A stretch of 64,000 nt of DNA. Source: an uncultured Actinomycetota bacterium (lineage in GTDB: Bacteria > Actinomycetota > Actinomycetes > Propionibacteriales > Nocardioidaceae). A model generated the notes under the pieces. That model did no database searches, was not told the DNA's origin, and worked only from the letters and a program-made list of their open reading frames with translations. The stretch spans positions 1,283,246 through 1,347,245 of the forward strand of contig CAWGWH010000002.1 of assembly GCA_963826265.1 (NCBI GenBank). Reading direction: 5' to 3'. Position numbers and translations under genes: made by a program. This document shows positions 19,084-27,603 of this stretch, piece after piece (within the stretch, counting starts at the first letter, position 1; every line of letters starts with the position of its first letter).

Positions 19084-21024
19084 ATGAGTCGACGGCTTCA
19101 CTCCTTCGCGTGCATCGCACTGGCTCTGGCGGCGGGACTGCTCGCCGTCCCGGCACCCGCCTCCGCCGCTCCGGCGGAGCGACCGGCGCCCCGGTTCCGC
19201 CACCTCGATCCCGGTGGGCAGCCCGACCTGGACGAGCGGGTGCCGGTCAACGTCGTGTTCGTCGGGCACGAGCAAGCCGACGTGCGCAGCACCGCGTTCC
19301 GCTCCGACCTGCCCCGGCGGGCTGAACCGCTCGTGAGGTCCCGCCTCTGGTACGGCGTGGTCGAGAAGATCGGCATCGACTATCGATACCAGTACGACCT
19401 GACGTTCACCAAGCGGTCCTACGAGAACCGGCTCTTCCGGTTCCTGTCCAGGATCGCCACCGACAAGCCGGTCACGACCTTCCAGCAGGACTACAACGCC
19501 CAGGCGGGCACGCTCGACGTCACCGACAACTCTTGGATCGACGCGACCCGAGTGGAGCGGTGGCTCGCCGCAAACGCACCACGGGGCGTAGACACCCGGC
19601 AGAACACGGTCTACCTGATCAACTGGTTCGGCCGGCCCGACTTCCAGTTCCACGTCTACACCAAGACCGACGAGCCCGAGCCGGACACGGGATACAACTT
19701 CGGCGAGCTTCGCGACAGCCGCAAGCTCACCGCGTGGGGCGGCACCACGGCCGCTGACGAGGAGAGCGGTCTGGGCCGCACCCGCCGGGTGTGGTTCCAC
19801 GACCTGTCCGCGGGGCCTGAGGCGTTCGCCGGCAGCTACGACATCTCGAACGCCGATCTCGACGGGGACGACGAGCCCGATTACCGGATCCCGCCGGCGT
19901 GGGAGTACGCCGACGACGGCTACCGCTCACCCGCCGCGCTCACTGGCGACCTGGCCAAGCTGGTCCGCTACGTGGCCCTCGACGCACTGATGACCACCTC
20001 GCCGATCTACCCGGTCGAGCTGCCCACGACCGAGCCGCCGACCTCCATCGACCTCGACAGCAACACCTACGAGGCCTGGGCCGGCGTCGACGCCAGCAGC
20101 ACCTACATCAAGCCCAGGCTGCTGAGGACGGAGCTGTCCGAGCTGCTGCTCGGCCGCAAGAACCTCAGCTACGACAACCAGGACTTCCCGCTCACCGGCC
20201 GTGCCCGCACGTGCTACCGGGGCTGGCTGGCGGGTGTGTCGTGCGATCCGTCAAGCGGACTGCCGGCCGATGCCAACCTCTTCCTCCAGAACCTGGAGGA
20301 CCTGGCCCGCACCAAGGACGACGGCAACCGGGTCGACTACGAGCTGCCGATGTTCAACTACGCCGTCAGCACCGACGACCCCACTCCGCTGGGGTTCGCC
20401 GACGACAACTGGAGTGACGGCACCGCGAGCTTCGTCTTCAACTTCATCAACCCGTTCATCGTGGAGGCCGGGTATGGCCTGACCACGACCCAGATCCACG
20501 AGGTCGGGCACCACGTGGGGTTGTCGCACCCGCACGACGGCTATGACCCCGAGAGCGGCACCGACTTCGATCCCACGGGCGAGTTCTACTTCACCTGGCT
20601 CGGGACGTCGGTGAACTCGATCATGAGCTACATCGACCTCAACTGGGACTTCTCGCAGTTCGACCAGGACAACATGGCGCGGTTCCAGGCGGCGGCGTAC
20701 GTCGAAGGGGCCAACCGGCTCGCCGGCGAAGCCCTGGCGGGCCCCACTCCGAGGCGGGCACTCGACGAGCTCCGTCGGGCCGATGCCCTGGTCGGTGCGA
20801 CCGAGAGGGCGTTCGCGCGGCACCGCTACCCCCAGGCATGGCGGCTGGCCGGTCGCGCGTACGCGCAGGCCGCAGAGGGTGCCGAGGAGGCGGGCGTCGA
20901 CGTCGACCTGTCGGTCCAGCGGGCTCTCCGGGCTGCGCGGACCTCGCCGGTGCCGCAGAATGACGAGGTCGAGGGCGCCACTGTCGACACCCTGGAGCCG
21001 GGCGACCCGAGGCTGCTGCCCTGA
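19084..21024 (+). CDS. Secreted zinc metalloprotease of the metzincin type with a large N-terminal region
   Basis: 646 aa with signal peptide ALALAAGLLAVPAPASAAP. HEVGHHVGLSH (HExxHxxGxxH, nt 20497-20529) is followed by a Met-turn candidate SIMSY. Confidence 0.7.
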   Translation: MSRRLHSFACIALALAAGLLAVPAPASAAPAERPAPRFRHLDPGGQPDLDERVPVNVVFVGHEQADVRSTAFRSDLPRRAEPLVRSRLWYGVVEKIGIDYRYQYDLTFTKRSYENRLFRFLSRIATDKPVTTFQQDYNAQAGTLDVTDNSWIDATRVERWLAANAPRGVDTRQNTVYLINWFGRPDFQFHVYTKTDEPEPDTGYNFGELRDSRKLTAWGGTTAADEESGLGRTRRVWFHDLSAGPEAFAGSYDISNADLDGDDEPDYRIPPAWEYADDGYRSPAALTGDLAKLVRYVALDALMTTSPIYPVELPTTEPPTSIDLDSNTYEAWAGVDASSTYIKPRLLRTELSELLLGRKNLSYDNQDFPLTGRARTCYRGWLAGVSCDPSSGLPADANLFLQNLEDLARTKDDGNRVDYELPMFNYAVSTDDPTPLGFADDNWSDGTASFVFNFINPFIVEAGYGLTTTQIHEVGHHVGLSHPHDGYDPESGTDFDPTGEFYFTWLGTSVNSIMSYIDLNWDFSQFDQDNMARFQAAAYVEGANRLAGEALAGPTPRRALDELRRADALVGATERAFARHRYPQAWRLAGRAYAQAAEGAEEAGVDVDLSVQRALRAARTSPVPQNDEVEGATVDTLEPGDPRLLP

Positions 21025-21213
21025 TCCGTGGTGGTGCAGGCGTGAGCGCCGGTTGGACTCTCACGCTCGCGCAGGCGTAATCTTGCACACTGCGCCATCA
21101 GGTCTGCCCGTCCCACAGGAGCGGACCGGGCTCGCTATCCATCTTCACCGGTAGTGAAACCGACCTGCTGCGCGTGCCCGACGACATCTGACCACCGAGG
21201 AATTCATTCCCTT

Positions 21214-22725
21214 ATGACGAGCAGCACCTACCTCTCCGCCCCTTCGACCGAACTTGGCGACGCGCCCCAGGTGGCGGTCAACGACATCGGCTCGGCGGAG
21301 GACTTCCTCGCCGCGATCGACGCGACCATCAAGTACTTCAACGACGGTGACATCGTGGATGGCACCATCGTCAAGGTCGATCGGGACGAGGTCCTGCTCG
21401 ACATCGGCTACAAGACCGAGGGCGTGATCCCGAGCCGCGAGCTCTCGATCAAGCACGACGTCGACCCCAACGAGGTCGTCGAGGTCGGCGACAAGGTCGA
21501 GGCCCTGGTCCTCCAGAAGGAGGACAAGGAAGGCCGCCTGATCCTGTCCAAGAAGCGCGCCCAGTACGAGCGCGCCTGGGGCACCATCGAGCAGGTCAAG
21601 GAGGAGGACGGCGTCGTCGAGGGCACCGTCATCGAGGTCGTCAAGGGCGGCCTGATCCTCGACATCGGCCTGCGCGGCTTCCTGCCGGCCTCCCTGGTGG
21701 AGATGCGTCGCGTCCGCGACCTGCAGCCGTACGTCGGCCAGACGCTCGAGGCGAAGATCATCGAGCTCGACAAGAACCGCAACAACGTGGTGCTGTCGCG
21801 TCGCGCCTGGCTGGAGCAGACCCAGTCCGAGGTGCGTCACGGGTTCCTCACGCAGCTGCAGAAGGGCCAGATCCGCAAGGGTGTCGTGTCCTCGATCGTC
21901 AACTTCGGTGCGTTCGTCGACCTCGGCGGCGTCGACGGCCTGGTCCACGTGTCCGAGCTGTCGTGGAAGCACATCGACCACCCCTCCGAGGTGGTCACCG
22001 TCGGTGACGAGGTCACCGTCGAGGTGCTCGACGTCGACATGGACCGCGAGCGGGTCTCGCTGTCGCTCAAGGCGACGCAGGAGGACCCCTGGCAACACTT
22101 CGCCCGCACCCACCAGATCGGTCAGATCGTGCCGGGCAAGGTCACCAAGCTGGTGCCGTTCGGCTCGTTCGTGCGGGTCGAAGAGGGCATCGAGGGCCTG
22201 GTCCACATCTCCGAGCTGGCCGAGCGCCACGTGGAGATCCCGGAGCAGGTCGTCCAGGTCAACGACGATGTCATGGTCAAGATCATCGACATCGACCTCG
22301 AGCGTCGCCGGATCTCGCTGTCCCTCAAGCAGGCCAACGAGACCGCGACCGCGGCCGACGTGGAGGAGTTCGACCCCACGCTGTACGGCATGACCGCGTC
22401 GTACGACGACCAGGGCAACTACATCTACCCGGAGGGCTTCGACCCGGAGACCGGCGAGTGGCTCGAGGGCTTCGACGAGCAACGCGCCGTCTGGGAGGAG
22501 CAGTACGCCAAGGCGCACACTCGCTGGGAGGCCCACGTCAAGCAGCAGGCCGAGGCCGCCCAGGCCGAGGTCGAGGCCGGCGAGGCCACGTCGTACTCCT
22601 CCGGGAGCACCGACGAGACCGCCCCCGCCGCCGCCCCCGAGAGTGGTGGCGACACGGGCGGTTCGCTCGCCAGCGACGAGGCGCTGCAGGCGCTCCGCGA
22701 GAAACTCACCGGCGGGGGCAACTGA
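21214..22725 (+). CDS. rpsA: 30S ribosomal protein S1
   Basis: 503 aa from ATG 21214 (MTSSTYLSAPSTELG...) with repeated S1 domains (GDIVDGTIVKVDRDEVLLDIGYKTEGVIP etc.). Confidence 0.95.
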   Translation: MTSSTYLSAPSTELGDAPQVAVNDIGSAEDFLAAIDATIKYFNDGDIVDGTIVKVDRDEVLLDIGYKTEGVIPSRELSIKHDVDPNEVVEVGDKVEALVLQKEDKEGRLILSKKRAQYERAWGTIEQVKEEDGVVEGTVIEVVKGGLILDIGLRGFLPASLVEMRRVRDLQPYVGQTLEAKIIELDKNRNNVVLSRRAWLEQTQSEVRHGFLTQLQKGQIRKGVVSSIVNFGAFVDLGGVDGLVHVSELSWKHIDHPSEVVTVGDEVTVEVLDVDMDRERVSLSLKATQEDPWQHFARTHQIGQIVPGKVTKLVPFGSFVRVEEGIEGLVHISELAERHVEIPEQVVQVNDDVMVKIIDIDLERRRISLSLKQANETATAADVEEFDPTLYGMTASYDDQGNYIYPEGFDPETGEWLEGFDEQRAVWEEQYAKAHTRWEAHVKQQAEAAQAEVEAGEATSYSSGSTDETAPAAAPESGGDTGGSLASDEALQALREKLTGGGN

Positions 22726-22744
22726 CCCGCACCTGAGTCACGCC

Positions 22745-22780
22745 GAACGGCCCGCCCGGATCACCCGGGGCGGGCCGTTC
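22745..22780 (+). terminator. rpsA terminator hairpin
   Basis: GAACGGCCCGCCC-GGATCACCCG-GGGCGGGCCGTTC forms a 13-bp perfect stem 20 nt after the stop codon. Confidence 0.65.
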
Positions 22781-22862
22781 CGCGTCCGGCACGCCACGGC
22801 CCTGGCGAGGTCGACGTCGGGAAGCGCGTCCCACGTGGGCCGGTCCTCGTCGGGCGATGGTA

Positions 22863-22895
22863 GGGCCCGGCTCACCGTGATGGTGAGCCGGGCCC
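22863..22895 (-). terminator. Hairpin downstream of the small minus-strand ORF
   Basis: GGGCCCGGCTCACC-GTGAT-GGTGAGCCGGGCCC forms a 14-bp perfect stem. Confidence 0.55.
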
Positions 22896-22918
22896 GGGGA
22901 CGTGTCAGGCGCTGGGTA

Positions 22919-23071
22919 TCAGCGGTAGGCGGGGCCGATGAACTGAGGGTCGACGGCGTGGGAGGGCGGCGGGGGCGTGGAGCCCCGGTCGTCGTGTCGG
23001 GTCACGAGGAGGGTCTCGACGGCCACCGCAGCGACCGCGATCACCAGCAGGATGATCATTACGGTGTTCAT
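22919..23071 (-). CDS. Candidate small single-pass membrane protein (50 aa), absent from the ORF track because of its size
   Basis: MNTVMIILLVIAVAAVAVETLLVTRHDDRGSTPPPPSHAVDPQFIGPAYR*. It has its own downstream hairpin and is divergent from the GlxA/AraC regulator. Confidence 0.4.
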   Translation of the reverse strand: MNTVMIILLVIAVAAVAVETLLVTRHDDRGSTPPPPSHAVDPQFIGPAYR

Positions 23072-23155
23072 GGCAGTAATTCTGCGCCCGTGCTATTCCT
23101 GCCACCAGTGGCAGTAATGACACCCTGCATTGATTTTCTGCCATACCTGGGGCAG
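23071..23155. promoter_or_regulatory. AT-richer divergent control region with repeated TGGCAG/CTGCCA motifs (candidate AraC-family operator)
   Basis: The exact 10-mer TGGCAGTAAT occurs at 23071-23080 and 23109-23118. The palindrome CTGCCAC-CA-GTGGCAG lies at 23099-23114. CTGCC...GGCAG lies at 23138-23155. Confidence 0.4.
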
Positions 23156-23165
23156 AGTGTGCTGC

Positions 23166-24122
23166 GTGAAGAAAGTCGCGGTGCTCGTGCAAGACGGCGT
23201 GGAGCCGTTCGGTCTCGGTGCGATGTGCGAGGTGTGGGCCGAGCCCTACCATCCCGAAGACGACAACCCGGTCTTCGACTTCGTGGTCGCGACGCCCCGA
23301 CCGGGCCGGGTCAGTGGCCCGTCGAGCTACGACCTGCAGGTCGAGCACGGGCTCGACGCCGCCGCGGACGCCGACCTCCTCTGCGTGACTCCGAAGCGGG
23401 GGTACCGCGACCCGTCGCCGGAGGTGGTGGAGCTGCTCCGTGACGCACACGATCGCGGTGCCCACGTCTTCGCCCACTGCACGGCCGCATTCATCCTCGG
23501 CGAGGCCGGGCTGCTCGACGGCCGGCGCGCCACGACCCACTGGCGACACGTCGACGAGCTCCGCGACGCCTACCCGCAGGCGCTGGTGGACGGCAACGTG
23601 CTCTACGTGCAGGACGGCACCATCGTCACGGGGGCCGGGTCTGCTGCCGGGCTCGATGCGGCGCTTCACCTGATGCGGCAGCAGTTCGGGGCCAAGACCG
23701 CGGCCGACGCCGCACGCCGGATGGTCGTCCCACCCCACCGGGACGGAGGGCAGGCGCAGTACATCGCGCGCGCGGTGCCCGACTGCGACGCCGAGACTCT
23801 CGGACCGCTCCTCACGTGGATCACCGAGAACCTCGCCGACGACCTCGGCGTCGACGCGCTGGCGAGACGCAACCACATGTCCCCGCGCACGTTCGCCCGA
23901 CGTTTCCGCGACGAGACCGGCACCACGCCGCACGCCTGGGTCACCCGGCAGCGGTTGCAGGCGGCCGAGGAGCTGCTCGAGCGCACCGACCACTCCGTCG
24001 ACTGGATCGCCGGCGAGGTCGGGTTCGGCAACGGTGCCGCGCTGCGCCACCACTTCAGCCGCGCGCGAGGCGTCTCGCCGCAGCAGTACCGCCGTACCTT
24101 CGCGGCGATGGAGAGCGCCTGA
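23166..24122 (+). CDS. GlxA-family transcriptional regulator (DJ-1/PfpI-like domain plus AraC-type HTH)
   Basis: The N-terminal VAVLVQDGVEPFGLGAMCEVW...HCTAAFILGEAGLLDG is a class I glutamine-amidotransferase-like fold. The C-terminal HTH reads MSPRTFARRFRDETGTTPHAWVTRQRL. GTG 23166 is the preferred start and ATG 23130 is possible. Confidence 0.85.
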   Translation: MKKVAVLVQDGVEPFGLGAMCEVWAEPYHPEDDNPVFDFVVATPRPGRVSGPSSYDLQVEHGLDAAADADLLCVTPKRGYRDPSPEVVELLRDAHDRGAHVFAHCTAAFILGEAGLLDGRRATTHWRHVDELRDAYPQALVDGNVLYVQDGTIVTGAGSAAGLDAALHLMRQQFGAKTAADAARRMVVPPHRDGGQAQYIARAVPDCDAETLGPLLTWITENLADDLGVDALARRNHMSPRTFARRFRDETGTTPHAWVTRQRLQAAEELLERTDHSVDWIAGEVGFGNGAALRHHFSRARGVSPQQYRRTFAAMESA

Positions 24123-24218
24123 CGTGACCGGCGTCCACACGTCGGGTTCGGAGTCATCTCTCCACCGGGCTCACGACCCCGCGACTACCGCGTCAAGTAC
24201 CTCCCCAACGGCGAAGTC

Positions 24219-25511
24219 CTACCGACGGGGGACTTGAGGACCAGGCGCGTCCGGCTGCGCGGGCTCCGGCAACCGGCCACGGATCACCTTTCCGGTCGCG
24301 GTGCGCGGCAGGTCGTCGACGAACCGCCAGGACTTGGGCCGCTTGGGCGGGGAGAGCCGCTGCCGTGCGTACGCCGTGAGCTCCGCCTCGGTCGCGGAGC
24401 CGACAACGGCCGCGCAGACCCGCTGGCCCCAGTCGACGTCCGGGACGCCGTAGACAGCCACGTCGTCGACCCCGGGGTGCTCGCGGAGGGCGTTCTCGAC
24501 CTCGACCGGGTAGACGTTGACTCCTCCGCTGATGACGAGGTCCTCGCGACGGCCGTCGAGGGTCAGGTAGCCGTCGTCGTCGAGCCGCCCGAGGTCCCCG
24601 ACGGTGAACGCCGGCCCGTCGAGCGTCTCTCGCCAGGCGGCCGCGGTCTTCTCCGGCGCCCCGAAGTAGGAGAAACGCGCGTGCTCCGGCACGCGGCACC
24701 AGATCGTGCCGTCCTCGTCGACGGCCAGAGCGCGCCCCGGGCGAGCCCGCCCGACGGTGCCGGGGCGCGCCAGCCACTCCTCGGACCGGCAGGCGGTGAA
24801 CTGGCCCTCGGTCGACCCGTAGAACTCCCAGGTGGTGCCGGCTGGAAACAGGTCGAGCAGCCGGCGCTTGACGTCGGGCGGGCACGCGGCGCCGGCGTGC
24901 GCCACCAGCCGGAAGCTGCTCAGGTCGGGCACGTCCGCGTCGTCCCAGCGGGCGAACAGCCGCTGGAGGTGGGTCGGCACGCAGAACATCGTCGTCGGCC
25001 GCTCGGCTGCGATCAGCCTGGTGACCCGACCGGGATCGAAGCGGCCGCCGAAGATCAGCCGCCCGCCCGCCAGCAGCGTCCCCATCGCGAACCGGAGCGG
25101 CGCCGAGTGGTGGATCGGACTCAGCACGAGGTTCACGTCGTCGGACCGGAAACCCCACAGGTCCCGCTCCTCGGCGACCAGCGCCTCGGCCGCGCCGGGC
25201 TCGAGCAGCCCGGAGAACACCGACTTCGGGCGACCGGTGGTGCCGCTGGTGACATGCATGGGGCGTCCGAGCGGCAGCCCGACCGGGTACGCCGAGTGGA
25301 GCCGCTCGAGCTCGGCGGGGTCGTCGACGACGAGCCGCGGCGCTACGTCCGCAAGGATCGGCTCGAGCTCGGCGGCCGTCAGCCGCGGGTCCAGTGGCAC
25401 CGGGAACACGCCGCCCGCCAGCAGCCCGGTCACCACCTCGACGTACGCCGTCGAGCCGGGGAGCCGCAGCGCGACCCGGTCGCCGGGCCGGAGGTCGGCG
25501 GGCTCGGTCAC
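24219..25511 (-). CDS. AMP-dependent synthetase/ligase (short acyl-CoA synthetase-like adenylating enzyme)
   Basis: 430 aa with the [12 protein letters not shown]-loop-like motif, YGSTEG, and C-terminal GKVIRGRL. Confidence 0.85.
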   Translation of the reverse strand: MTEPADLRPGDRVALRLPGSTAYVEVVTGLLAGGVFPVPLDPRLTAAELEPILADVAPRLVVDDPAELERLHSAYPVGLPLGRPMHVTSGTTGRPKSVFSGLLEPGAAEALVAEERDLWGFRSDDVNLVLSPIHHSAPLRFAMGTLLAGGRLIFGGRFDPGRVTRLIAAERPTTMFCVPTHLQRLFARWDDADVPDLSSFRLVAHAGAACPPDVKRRLLDLFPAGTTWEFYGSTEGQFTACRSEEWLARPGTVGRARPGRALAVDEDGTIWCRVPEHARFSYFGAPEKTAAAWRETLDGPAFTVGDLGRLDDDGYLTLDGRREDLVISGGVNVYPVEVENALREHPGVDDVAVYGVPDVDWGQRVCAAVVGSATEAELTAYARQRLSPPKRPKSWRFVDDLPRTATGKVIRGRLPEPAQPDAPGPQVPRR

Positions 25512-25518
25512 GGGACTG

Positions 25519-25528
25519 ACGCTACTGT
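25519..25528. promoter_or_regulatory. Two overlapping -10-like hexamers for back-to-back leaderless transcripts
   Basis: Plus strand: TACTGT (25523-25528) lies 7 nt before ATG 25536. Minus strand: TAGCGT (complement of 25519-25524) lies 7 nt before GTG 25511. Confidence 0.4.
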
Positions 25529-25535
25529 CCTGCGC

Positions 25536-26129
25536 ATGCGCGTCGGGCTGACGGGGGGAGTCGCCTCGGGGAAGAGCACGGTGTCTGCGATCCTGGGCGA
25601 GCTCGGCGCGGTCGTCATCGATGCCGACCTGCTGGCGCGGGAGGCGGTGGCGCCAGAAACCGATGGGCTAGCCGCGGTCGTGGCGGCGTTCGGGGAGGGC
25701 GTGCTCGCCGCGGACGGCAGCCTGGACCGCGCGGCGGTGGGTGCGATCGTCTTCGCGGACGAGGGTCAGCGGCGGACGCTGGAGGGCATCATCCACCCGC
25801 GGGTGCGCGCCCGGGCGGCGGAGATCGAGGCGGAGGCGCCGCCGGATGGGGTCGTAGTCCACGACATCCCGCTGCTCACCGAGACCGGCCAGGCAGGCTC
25901 GTTCGACGCGGTGGTCGTCGTCGACGTGCCGGTGGAGACCCAGCTGGACCGGATGGTCGAGCTGCGCGGCATGAGCAGGCAGGAGGCCGAGTCGCGGGTC
26001 GCGGCGCAGGCGTCGCGCGAGGAGCGGCTCGCGATTGCGACGTACGTCGTCGACAACACCGGCACGATCGAGGAGCTGCGGGACCGGGTCGCCGAGGTCT
26101 ATGCCGACCTGGCACGCGACGCTGGGTGA
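25536..26129 (+). CDS. coaE: Dephospho-CoA kinase
   Basis: 197 aa starting [17 protein letters not shown]. The ORF-track entry 24234..26129 is an antisense read-through of the ligase gene. Confidence 0.92.
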   Translation: MRVGLTGGVASGKSTVSAILGELGAVVIDADLLAREAVAPETDGLAAVVAAFGEGVLAADGSLDRAAVGAIVFADEGQRRTLEGIIHPRVRARAAEIEAEAPPDGVVVHDIPLLTETGQAGSFDAVVVVDVPVETQLDRMVELRGMSRQEAESRVAAQASREERLAIATYVVDNTGTIEELRDRVAEVYADLARDAG

Positions 26130-26205
26130 ATCGTCACCTCGGGGGGACCTCAGAAACCGGCCCTGGCATGCCCAGTTCGCAGGTGTCCGGGTACCGTCCC
26201 CTGAC

Positions 26206-27480
26206 GTGCGTCGCCTGCTCCTCCCGCTCCTGACCCCGCTGCTGCTGCTCGCGTTCGCGGCCTGTGGCAGCAGCCCCGAGCCCGGCGCGGACCGGACGCC
26301 CGACTCGGCGCCGACGGTGTCCGCGGAGCGACCCGACTCCGACGCCCCGACCTCCTGGGGCCCGACCGAGGGCGAGCTGGCGCGCGCGGCCGAGGTAGTG
26401 GCGGCGTGGGGCCCGGACCGGCTCGCCGGCCAGGTGATCGTCGGGCGCTACCACGGGACCGACCCGGCGGTTCCCGCCGCGCTGGTGCGCGACCTGCACC
26501 TGGCGGGCGTGAGCGTCACGACCGAGAACGTTGTCGACGCCGACCAGGTGCGGGCCACGACCGACGCCATCGAACAGGCCCACGCCGCCGACGGCCGGGA
26601 GTGGCCGGCGATCGTCGGCGTCGACCAGGAGGGGGGCGTGGTCGCGCACCTGCGGGGCGTCGCCACCGACTTCCCGGCCTTCGCCACTGCCGGGGCGGCC
26701 GTGGCGAACCAGGGTGAGGCGGGGGAGCGACTGGTGACCGCCGCCGCCCGGACCACCGCGATGGAGCTGCGCGGGCTCGGGTTCACGTGGGTCTTCGCAC
26801 CGGTCGCCGACGTCACGATCGGTGCGGCCGACCCCACGATCGGCACCCGGTCGCCGTCGACCGACCCCGACCTGGCCGCCCGAGCGGTGGGTGCCGCGGT
26901 CAGGGGGTACGACGAGGCCGGAGTCGTGTCGACGACCAAGCATTTCCCGGGCCACGGCAGCGTGACCGCGGACAGCCACGAGGTGCTGCCCGTGCTCGGT
27001 ACGTCGCTGCCCGACCTCCGGGCGCGCGACCTGCCGCCGTTCGCAGCCGCGATCGAGGCGCAGGCGCCGGCGGTGATGATGGGTCATCTCGACGTGACCG
27101 CACTGGCGCCGGGGGTGCCGTCCAGCCAGGCGCCCGCGGTCTACGAATTCCTCCGTGACGACCTCGGCTTCGAGGGGGTCACGATCACCGACTCGCTCGG
27201 GATGGGGGCCGCGCTCACCCAGAGCTACCCGTCGGTGCGGGCGCTCCAGGCGGGCGCCGACCTGCTGCTGATGCCGGTCGACCCGCGCGAGACACACCGG
27301 CTGGTGGTGGCCGCGATCCGCTCCGGCGAGGTGGAGCGCCAGCGGATCGAGGAGGCCGCCACCCGGGTCGTCGCGTTGCAGCTGTGGCAGCAGCGAGTCG
27401 CCGCCGACGTACCGGTGCCGGAGGACGTCGTCGCGCGGGCACAGCAAGCCGCGGCGGCACTCATGGCGGCGGGGAGCTAG
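26206..27480 (+). CDS. Glycoside hydrolase family 3 lipoprotein (beta-N-acetylhexosaminidase / NagZ-like)
   Basis: It starts at GTG with a lipobox (LLLAFAAC). GH3 N-domain motifs include GVDQEGGVV, KHFPGHG and ITDSLGMGA. Confidence 0.85.
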   Translation: MRRLLLPLLTPLLLLAFAACGSSPEPGADRTPDSAPTVSAERPDSDAPTSWGPTEGELARAAEVVAAWGPDRLAGQVIVGRYHGTDPAVPAALVRDLHLAGVSVTTENVVDADQVRATTDAIEQAHAADGREWPAIVGVDQEGGVVAHLRGVATDFPAFATAGAAVANQGEAGERLVTAAARTTAMELRGLGFTWVFAPVADVTIGAADPTIGTRSPSTDPDLAARAVGAAVRGYDEAGVVSTTKHFPGHGSVTADSHEVLPVLGTSLPDLRARDLPPFAAAIEAQAPAVMMGHLDVTALAPGVPSSQAPAVYEFLRDDLGFEGVTITDSLGMGAALTQSYPSVRALQAGADLLLMPVDPRETHRLVVAAIRSGEVERQRIEEAATRVVALQLWQQRVAADVPVPEDVVARAQQAAAALMAAGS

Positions 27481-27603
27481 CAACGGCAACGAGCACCGGG
27501 AAAAAATGGCCGTCGAACGGGCGATGAAATCGAGGAGCTTCGCCGGTCTGATCGGGGGAAACCCTGATGCCGCCTGTCCCCACCTTGTGATGGAGTTGCC
27601 CCC

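Noticed and set aside
24234-26129. 631-aa plus-strand ORF
   Set aside because: Only 25536-26129 is real (coaE, starting [15 protein letters not shown]). The upstream part is antisense to the AMP-dependent ligase.
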